From the NCBI GenBank assembly GCA_013265495.1, contig MU057724.1, positions 1,627,102 through 1,691,101 on the forward strand: a DNA stretch of 64,000 bases, in the 5' to 3' direction. The notes below the pieces were generated by a model. That model searched no databases. It was not told the DNA's origin and saw only the letters and a program-made list of their open reading frames with translations. The translations under genes were made by a program, and so were the position numbers. Shown piece after piece: positions 54,470-64,000 of the stretch; the first letter of the stretch is position 1; every line of letters begins with the position of its first letter. Source of the stretch: Vicugna vicugna. Its lineage: Eukaryota.

Positions 54470-54920
54470 CCTGTGAATGAAAAATATGGCCCACCACACC
54501 AGTAAACAAAGGATGTTGCGGCGTCGGCCATCACTTCGCAGCCCCCCACCCCCGACAGCGAGCCCTGAGGGAACTCAGGATGGAAACCGGATGCCCGCCA
54601 TCAAGCCCGCAGCCTCTGCAGCCCCCTGGCAGGGCACCCCAGGGCCTCGGGGTGCGGCAGCCCAGGCCCTAGACAGCCAGGTGCAGATCACAGGGATGGT
54701 CTCAGTGAGCCCAGACCTGTGCACCTTCCCATGCACAGAAAAGCACTGAATTCCTTAACTTGGGATGTCTGGTTTTCTTTAATTAACGGCCATCTTTTGA
54801 TGGTCCTTCTACCTGGTCTTTGTTGCAAAGACTCCCACATCTCTTGGCCCCTCCCTGACCTCTTCAGAGGGGTCCGTTAGAGCCATCCTGGGAGGCTGTC
54901 TCTCAGCGTCCAGGTCATAT
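54470..54920 (+). mobile_element. Probable ERV LTR (laurasiatherian type)
   Basis: CAGTAAACAAAGGATGTTGCGG...GAGCCCTGAGGGAACTCAGGATG...CCTTAACTTGGGATGTCTGGTTTTCTTTAATTAAC. Family not certain. Confidence 0.5.
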
Positions 54921-56529
54921 GTCTTCTTTCCGGTCGGCAGTCCCAAACACAGGTGGCCTTGTCAGCTCGGATTTTTGTAGAATTTCGTGTTTGAAATACT
55001 CAGAGGAGTTAGCCTTTTGCCTCGGCCTTCTCTTGAGCACAAAAACCTCTTGGGTTAAAAACGCTCGTTCTGCCGACCGCTGGGCTCCCAGGTTCAGGGC
55101 CATTACCGCGCGATGGAGGGCGCCCCTGCCCCAGCCCTCCCGGGCCGCGCTCACCGTCGGCGTCAGAGGGCGTGCCTCGCCTGCTGTGGGCTTCCGCGCG
55201 CCAGAACGCACTTAGGTTCACCGCCAGGTCCTCCCAGTCCAGGCGTTTACTTGTAAGGATCCCTGGAAAGGTTTATTTTAATTTACATTTTAAAATTGTA
55301 TCAAAGTCATGGGTGTCATGGTTAATAAAGACCAATCTTGCTGTAGAATTTAAAACAAAACCAACAGCTCCTTCACCCACACCCCCTTACCCCTGGGCCA
55401 TCGCCCCAGGGGGTACTGCTCTTAATCATTCCTTTTACAATTCCCATGGCGCTCATTTCTTATTCTAAAATTACATGTAAGCGGCTTGACTACCGCGTTC
55501 AGAGGTTATCATCCTCTTCCAAGAATGGACGTGGAAATGGTTCACTTGCTTCTCCGTAGCCGCTCTCCTGTCTTTACTCCTTTGAGTTGATTTCTCTACC
55601 ATGGCTCTGTCTTTGGAACACCCTGCATGAGCCCAGCGTCCTGTCCTGTGCAGCACAGCCTCCCTCTCCCGGCTCCCATGTCCCTTCCACTGTCTCCTCA
55701 CCTCGTCTCTTCCCAGCTTCCAAGCTCTGTGACCTCTGAAGGTCACCGTCATATTTATTATTTGTAATAAAATTATAATTAAACTAGAAGGGTTCTTCAA
55801 CCTGGGACTTTATAGGCTGTAAAAGGATTTAATGAGAAAAATTTCTAGAGAACCAGGATTGTGTGGTTTATAGTTCAGGCATGCACACTTTTATACAACA
55901 AACTTTGCAAACTGTCTATTAATGTCCTTAAACTGGCTCTCTTAAGCTAGCTTTGAATCTTTCTTCATTTAGAACTGGTGGAAACTTCAGCCAGCTAGGT
56001 TCATCTGTCTCAGGACTTCCTTCTCTTGCCGTGTGGGTCCAGTGAACCTTCCTCCTGGTCTTTATTTCGTGTGTGTCTGCACCGAATGCTGCCCCTTCCG
56101 TGAGGCTGAAGCTCCAGTGACTGAACCAGCATGCTCGCATTTGTAACTGGGGAGACAGAGCGGTTACGCTTGCTGCTCGCGGTCTCCCAGTCTGGGATGG
56201 AATCCGGATTTTGCTCTGAAGCCCATCACTCCTCCATCCCGGTGCTTCCCAAGCTCTAGCTGCGTCAGGGTCACCTGGACAGCAGCTGGGACCCCAGCTT
56301 GCTCCCCCTCCAGGGCGTGCCCAGCCACTTGTCTGAGGGCCATCCTCAGCTCCCTAAGTCCTCTGTGCTCTGCTTGGCGTGTGAAGCTGGGATGCACTTG
56401 TGCCATGAGCTTTGTGGGCGGAAAGGGGTAAGCGTCCCCCGCAGGTTGAGTTTGAGGTGTGACAGAATACACCCATAGTTCTCGGACTCTAATGCGCGTG
56501 AGACTCATGTGGAAAACTTGTTACAGCTG

Positions 56530-56585
56530 TGACCGCGGGCTCTGTCCCCAGACCCTCTGACCGCCGGGCTCTGTCCCCAGACCCT
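56530..56585 (+). repeat. 28-bp tandem duplication
   Basis: TGACCGC(C)GGGCTCTGTCCCCAGACCCT occurs twice. Confidence 0.9.
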
Positions 56586-58204
56586 GGTGTGGTCGGTCTG
56601 GTGGGCACATGAACGTGCGCTTCTAACAAGCTCACAGGGTCCTCCTGTGAGACCAGCACTCAGGGCAGACCCACGCGTCCCTCTTGCTTTGTGCCTATAT
56701 TCCTACGGCTGCAAGCACTGAACGAAACTGTTTTCCTATTTAACTATTTACTACTCTTACGTAATTTCCTCCAAAGAAGCATGGCATATAGCGTCCTCTT
56801 CTCTCCGGGTTTATGAAGCAGGTGCGTCCAGGACTCAGCCAAAGGGGGCTTGAGCCACCAGGTCCACCTTGTCCATCTCAAATGCACCTTCCCCTTTGTC
56901 CCAGCACGGAGCCCAAGCATTTCGCCTTCCTCCTGTCAGAGGACAAGCACCTGCCCGCTGGGGCACATGGCTAACACTCTGAGATGCCTTTTTGCTGTCT
57001 TCTGTGAGTCTTGATCCCAGTTCTAAGCCTGCCTGGTGTAAACAAGGAAGAGAGGGCGTGGCTGGTGACACGGGTCTGCGGGCACTTGAGGTACCTGTTC
57101 TCTGTGACCAGCAGTCGCCTTTTACCAAGATGTGTACTGAACGCGCGTGCCCCCTGGCCAAAACCATACCCAGGCTAACCTCCCTCCGGACGTCCCTGGG
57201 GCAGCTTTTCAGAGCTGCGGGTCTCAGCAAGACCCTGCATACAGCTTAACTCACAGCTCTTAGGTTATGTGTTTTCCTCTCAGTCGGCACTTGTACGTCC
57301 AAGTGAGGCCTGAGATCAAGACCCTGTTCATCACGCATCTTTTAGGACCTCATCCCGTCAGGATTCCCGGCCGCCCACTCAGGCCTGTGAAAACACGCGT
57401 GTAAATGCAGATTAGGAGTTGCCTTTGGGACCCTGATGAAACTGGGAAGGAACGAGTAGACAGAAAAAGTGTTTCACATTTTGCACACAGAGCTAGATGA
57501 ATAAGATGACGTCATTCCTTTTTTTACAACCTCAAATTAAAACTTGAACGACAGGGCTCATAAACCTTGCTGAAATAAGATGACGGATACAATGTCTACT
57601 ATGATCTGGTTTTGGCAGAGAGCTCAGAAGAGGAAGAACTGGAAGGTAGGCGTCAAGGATGGTCAGGCCCTCAAGGCTGCGCTCGAGCACGTCACCAGGA
57701 ATGTCAGAGGCTGCGGGTGAGCTGAGGGAAGAACGGGGGTTTGCTGTGACCGCTCCCCGCCACCCCAGGGAGCCAGAGGAGGAGGGCTCAGCGACGTGGG
57801 GACCTGTGGGCTCCTGGGACTCGGGGGTGGGGGTGGGGGGTGTGGATAATGGGACTGCTGGGCCTGTTCCTTCAGCAAAAGGACACAGGTGTCACTGGGG
57901 CTGGTGTGACCGTCAGCGCTGCCCCCTCCAGCAAAGTGAGCTGAGATGTGGCCTCACACGCCCAGGCCTCTGCTCCCTTATCTGTGCAACAGAGCACAGA
58001 GGACCCACGTCCAGACCGTCCTGAGGATGTCCCCACGTTCGAGAAAACGTGCCTGACACGCGGCAGTGCTGTGCGCGTTTGAGTCTTGCTAGTTAATTCT
58101 TGAGGCCAGCGGTGGTTTTTGTCCCTGCAGAAGCATCAGACAGCCGAGTACACGGGCCTCCCTGATTCCGACGGCTCATTCAGGGCATGTTTCAGAAATG
58201 GCGT

Positions 58205-58332
58205 TATTTTTGCGGGGTTAGGGGGGTAATTAGGTTTGTTTGTTTGTTTGTTTGAATGGAGGGACTGGGTTGAACCCAGGACCCCATGTGTGCTAAGCGC
58301 GCACTCCACCACTGAGCTGTACACCCCCCCCC
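58205..58332 (-). mobile_element. tRNA-derived SINE, Vic-1-like (camelid)
   Basis: Minus strand reads GGGGTGTACAGCTCAGTGGTGGAG...GGTCCTGGGTTCAACCC, then a (CAAA)n-CCTAATTACCCC tail. Confidence 0.85.
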
Positions 58333-58907
58333 ACCGTGCCAGGAAATGGTATTCGTGATGCGCACCTCAGGTTACTCCAGTGCAGGCGGTGTGAGGATCA
58401 CTCTTGAGGAAACAGGGGTCTCTCCCCTTATTCAACTTCAGTCAGACTCATAACCTGTGAAAAACGCTGTGATTTAAGTGAATAAACTGCTGGAGGTTTT
58501 CCCTCCTTTGTAATTTTAATGCCAGAAGAATAAAGGATTTAGTAACTGTTAAGCTGGATTTTTATGCAGAATGTTCTCTGAGTAGGAGCAGATTCCTTTA
58601 TTTAACATTTCTGACCTAATCCTTAATTTCACAGAAGAGTCCTTCACTCTTTTTCGGTTTTGTGAACTATTGAGAAGCAATCGAGTGATAAAAAGCAACC
58701 GCGGTGTATTCTGAGGAGCGTTTGTCTGGGTCTATGCGTGAGTCAAATTTTGGACCTCGGGGTTCTGTTCAAGCTTTTGCAGAAAGGCACCGTGGAAGAC
58801 AGTCCAACTATGTTTTAACTGGTTATATCAACACTAAAAAAATTCATGGTGGATCATGCTGTTAAAACAAACGTTTTTAGCCATAAGTTATATGAAAGTG
58901 TACAAAA

Positions 58908-58929
58908 GTGTGTGTGTGTGTGTGTGTGT
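58908..58929. repeat. (GT)11 microsatellite
   Basis: Counted directly. Confidence 0.95.
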
Positions 58930-60040
58930 TGAGTTAATAAATATGGGAGTGTTTTGTGGGCAAATTTACCTGAGACAATTTATAACTTTGTCCTTAAGTA
59001 AGTATTAGAAAATGGTTCCGATTAGACACTTTAAAAAAAACAAAACAGTGCCATAAATAAATGTTACATCTCACAGAAATCACAGTTTTTCCAAAGATGA
59101 AAACGACAGGAAACAGGACTGTTGAATTCTAGGAAGTCGTTGTCTCTGCCGAGGACAATGGTCTTTTAAATTCCCACATTCCTTTCAAGTTGTGCCTTTT
59201 CAGATAAGCTGCGGGGACAGTAGGTGGTCATACACAGGGACCGCGGTTCTCTTACGGTCTTGTGAAAGCTCTGGCCTTTTCAAAATGCTCGAAGGCGCCA
59301 TTCCAGCCTAGCACACCCCTTGCGTCTTCATTAAAAATACGAAGGAATATACTAATGAAAAAAAATCAACGTTTGTTTCCTTGAAGTATTTTTTTCCTAA
59401 AGAAAAGAAATGCCTTTTAGTTAAAAAAAAAATCATCTTTCTGTCTCCCAATATAAAATAACTTCACATTTTCTTTTGTGCTAATAAGTGGAAGCACCCC
59501 TCCTGGTTAGAATGATTAATTCATGGAGAGAACAGAGGGCAAGGGGTGTGTACGAAACACAGAGGCCAAGGGGGACCAGAGAGTCTCACTGCGTGGGAGA
59601 CCGCAGAGAAGTTGCTACCACCCTTATTTACAATAATCTGAGGAGAGAGAGGAAAAAAACTCAGAAAATGCAGAGGAAGCGATGAGCGTGGGTGACAAGG
59701 CGACGTGCGATGGAACATCGTCAGGGCCGCGACTGTGTGGACCTGGTCGGTCTGGCTGTGAGAGCTCTTCTCAAATTAAAATTGCTGTGAAGACCACTCC
59801 GCCATCTGGAAGTGGGATGTTTCCAGCAGGTAACTTGAGTCACTGAAGGTGCCAGAGCTACCGTAACAGATACCTTGATGGCAGCCACAGAAATGGAGCC
59901 TGGGGCTAACTGCGCACAGACGGTTGAGTCAGGCAGGCCCTAAAGTGCCTCCACCTTAATGAACTAAATAAGAATTTATAACCATGTAGAGTTAACTTAC
60001 TTAGTATATATTAAGAGAGACAATGTGCAGACAACACAGT

Positions 60041-60066
60041 ACACACACACACACACACACACACAC
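60041..60066. repeat. (AC)13 microsatellite
   Basis: Counted directly. Confidence 0.95.
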
Positions 60067-63000
60067 GTGCAGGATGGGATATACTTTGTTACTTTATAAT
60101 AACTAGCTACGATTAATAATACATCTTATTGGTGAATACTGCCAACTTTCAAAAATCTATTTACTATTTCTGCATGGCTTCCTGCATTTCGCTCTTTACT
60201 TCAAGTAATACGTCTACTTTAGTTCAAAAGGATCCAGATTTTCCCAAGTATTGTTTGTCTGTATCACAAGCATATTTAACAGGAAATAGCACCCACTTTG
60301 CTGAGAGAACATGTAACCAAGCCACATTTAGGAAAACGTGAAAACTCTGGCAGCATGGTTGCCAGGGAAGCTATTCTGGGGGAGGGAGAGCTACTTCGTG
60401 GGAGGGGAACTGGGTTCCTTGGGCGGTGAAATCCCATCATTTCAGAAGGTCTTCAGGCTGGGGAGGTGGTGGGAAGGAAAGAAAAGCACCCACGGTTTAA
60501 AACTGAAATTGAAGGGTCCTTCTGATCCTGGAATTGCTTGATAATAGTTTTTGATATTTACGCGTAGTTCTTGCTCTGAAGTCCTGTTGGGGGTTTGTGG
60601 TGCCTTCTGTGTTTTGTTCCTTGTACATCAGTTGAAAACAGCAACTTTAAGTTTTTCAAAATTTCTAAAATGCGTTGGAATAAATTAATGTTCCAACTTA
60701 TTCGACAGCCCCAGCAGATGATCTGACAGTGGGAACAGGGGAGACGTCGTGTCCCCCTGAAAGGCGAGCAGTGTGGCCCCGCCCAGCCCCGAGCAGCCAG
60801 CACCTCTGGGTCCCACCGGCTCCAGAGAACCACGCGTTCTTACGGGTTTAGATTTTCTACTTAAGTCTCAGCCGTAATTTAAAAATCACGCGCCATTCTG
60901 TGTTATTCCGTGTCTTGAAGTTGAACAACACTCCTGTTCCCTATCCATCGGGAAGCTCTGTGTCAGCTGCGGGCTGAGACAGTTTCAGAGATGAGCACGG
61001 CCCCGGGCTCTCTGTTTAAACATGGGCCACCTAGCTGGGCTGCAGGCACGCGGCTGGGCAGAGAGTTAGCAGTAAAAATATTCTAATGGGAGTCAGGTCA
61101 CAGACACTGGGGTGAGCTGCGGGCCAGCCGACTCCCCAGGCGTGGGCCTTTTTATGCCCGCGCGCCCCTTGTTTGCTTTGGCTCTGCCCTCAGAGTGAGG
61201 CTCCCCCGCTGTGTGTCAGGGTCCGAGGGGAGCGGGGCTGGGATGACCTAGCTGACTGTAGACAGCCCGGCTCGGCTGCAGGTTGACCAGCACCTGTCTG
61301 CGGTCGTGTTTTCGGATCCCCGCGCGGCACGACTCCCTGCGTGACCTCGAGTAAGTCGTTCTTTTTTCATCTCCACACTCTCCTTCCATTCTGACCTCCT
61401 CCGCGGCTCAGCCATGCAGCGAGCTCTCCTGGCTTTTGTTCTCGAGGTTGAACAGGCTATTTCTAGAACTCACTTTGTCAGAGAATCCAGCCTAACCTGC
61501 AGTGGGTTCTGTCATGCTCGGCAGCAGCTCCAGGAACCACGCTCTCAGGGGGAATTAAATTCAGAATTCACAATCATTAATCAGACACTTTTCTCTGTCC
61601 CTTTTTCTCTCCCCAACCTCATCCTTTTTCTTACCATCTTAAAATATTATGTAGTATCGTAAATATATTTTGAAGCTGGATTTTTTACATTCTTCCGTGT
61701 AAGGTCGCTCAGGACACTCTGTTGATTAGCAAATTAATTTTGTTCCGTGTTAATCTGGTACAAGTTATTAAAATTTTATTGCCAATAATTTCCAAAGAGA
61801 GTTTTAATTAACAAGCATTTAGTGTTCGGCCTGAGGACACCCCGGGCTGGACTGTAATTTCCCCTGTTTAAGTGGCATCTCAGCGCTCACCAGCACCGTC
61901 TGGGAGCGCTGGAAGGGCCACGTTACGTGGTGAGTGAAGGATGGCCGCGGGGATGCAGCGTGTTCAGACTGAGTTTGCGGAGGTCAGTGTGCTCAGTGGC
62001 GCTGGTCAGGCTTGGCGCTGGTGCCTGTCAGGGGGTTAACTGGTTACTGCCGCCTCACGCCTGGTGTACACCCGGGACCTGGGGTTTATGCGGCATTTCC
62101 AAGCAGCACTCCAGGCTCCCACGGGCGAGTTTTCTTGCTTTCCAGCCCCTGAGGGCTCTTCACGCAACTTCTCTTGCGATTTAGGGTTAAATGGACATTG
62201 GAAGCTCTGACTCTTCAAGGGCTGCTTTGGAGGGTGAGAAGGGCTTCCCCCCAGGAAGCCAGTTTGGTCAAAGAGCCAGAATGCTGGGCACATTCCACGT
62301 GCCCTGCCTGGGAGTCGCCCTTGAGCTCCGGTTCCTCCTTTTGGCGAATGATTCAGTGGTGGGAGCACCGTAGCCCACACCCCTCCTCACCCCAGATGGT
62401 CGCTCCAGCCACCGAACGCAGCCCGCACAGCGCGAGCAGCAGCCCAGCATTCCAGCTGCACGCTCCCAGAGCGGGCGGCTACCGCACGACTTCGGAGCTC
62501 TTCCCTGCGCTGCGTGCTCGAGTTCACTTGTCTGTCTGCTTGCTCCTTTGTTCATTTCCTTCACGTGCAGTGACCGTCGGACGCGTCTGTCAGACGGAAG
62601 ACTTTAAGGTCTTTCCACCGGGTTACAGTACTTCCATACATTGTATTGATCGTATAAAGTCCATTCCTTCTGTGTTCCACTTTCCCATTTCAACTGGCTC
62701 ATTTAAGATGTCAGATCCCCTGGAAGGAACTCAGAAGCGAAGCGTCCACTGCTTTCACGCACCCGGAAGGACACTGGTGGCTCAGGTCTGCCTGCTGCGG
62801 GCCGCGGGTTCAGGGTGTGATGGGAGAGACAGCCGCCAGGCTCTGCCTCTCGCTGGGCTGCAGGGTGTCTCCCCCACGTTTCCACACAGATTTCACAAGG
62901 CAGGAGGAACCTGGCCTGGGCCTGTCTGACCACCTCCTAGGGGGAGAGGCGTCCCGCAGGAGCCGTTAAGAGCAAAACCTAAACCAAACCAACCACAGAA

Positions 63001-64000
63001 CAAGGAGGGAGGCGAGCCAGAGACACAGAGGTGACTGATGCCAGCCGTGCCATCGAGGTAATTACTGAGGGGGAAGAAGGCTCCTGCGGTGCCCGAGCTC
63101 AGAGCCGTGGACAGCCGAGGACAGCCGTGGGCAGGGTGTCCGTGGGATTCCTGCCTGGAGGCAACGGGCCACGAGTCTCTTGCAATCTGTAGAAATCTCA
63201 GAACTTCTAGCTTTTATTCTAATTCAGAGAAGACTGACCCAAAATAATGACCCAAAATTAAATAGGAAATTGGACTAGAACTTGTTGACTTGGAAATCTG
63301 TGTCTGCCCCATGTTTTCCTGAGCTCCAGACGCATATATCCTACTGTTCATTGGAAGAAAGCAAAGCCTTCATGTTTCCTTGAACCCACTTTTCTTTCTG
63401 TGAGAGACATAGAGATACATTATTGCCTTGCTCACCCGCCTGGTTATGAATTTATAGATGTATCTTTGGTGCCCAGTATAAACTAAAAATTCAATCAATA
63501 TTTACTAAACGAAGCTGATCCTGATCCTGAAAGTCCAGGCCACGCCTAATCCTTTTACATTTAGCATTTCCTAAGGACAAGAAATCAGAAGGCATTCTAA
63601 ATTTTTTTTTCTTTAAGAAAGTGCTTTTCAAACATTTTGTCCAATATTGTAAGACTCCTAAACCAATTGCAGCTCTGTCTGTTGGGGACGCCTTCACCCA
63701 GTGAAGAAAACTGCAGGCGGTGGAGGGAGGGAGGGGCAGGGCGGCCGGTGCCACTGGAGAACTTCCTGGAGAGGAGGTGGAGGGAAGACCAGGGAGCTGG
63801 GACAGTGTCTGTGCCACTGCAACCCAGGGAGGGCGCCCAGGTGACTCCTGCGTGCCTCTGCAGGGCAGGGAAGGCTGTGGCTGGGGGCGGGGTGGGGCCA
63901 CAGGGTGCCCTTGGAGGGGAAGCCGGGTCAGGCTCCTGATGCTCGGAGGGCACCTCGCCTTCAGTGGGCTCCTGCCGGGTCCCCTCCTTCTCGGCGCCCA

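Noticed and set aside
62174..62929. 251-aa ORF
   Set aside because: Non-ATG (TTG) start in GC-rich DNA, no recognisable motif and no supporting exon structure. A tblastn or PhyloCSF check would settle it.

Overview
Mammalian genomic DNA, probably camelid (Vic-1-type tRNA-derived SINEs and camelid-type L1 3' ends). The only supported protein-coding gene is the 5' half of PCMTD1 on the minus strand. Its CpG-island promoter and non-coding first exon lie at about 41.1-42.8 kb, interrupted by a 204-N gap. The first coding exon is 16283-16712 (ATG at 16589) and the next coding exon is 4822-4924, which the ORF track missed. The remaining exons should lie left of the window. The rest is intron or upstream intergenic DNA rich in L1, MIR, MaLR/ERV LTR and hAT relics. 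Highlights: (1) a 2.25-kb, ~99%-identical tandem duplication in intron 1 with a complex, apparently templated junction; (2) a ~200-bp tandem duplication in intron 2; (3) back-splicing of the ATG exon would give an open 153-codon frame running more than once round the circle, and the exon is flanked by inverted MIRs; (4) a 5'-intact, internally deleted L1 upstream of the promoter. I find no evidence of a wholly new multi-gene system, and nearly all other listed ORFs look spurious. Repeat family names come from pattern recognition and their boundaries are approximate.
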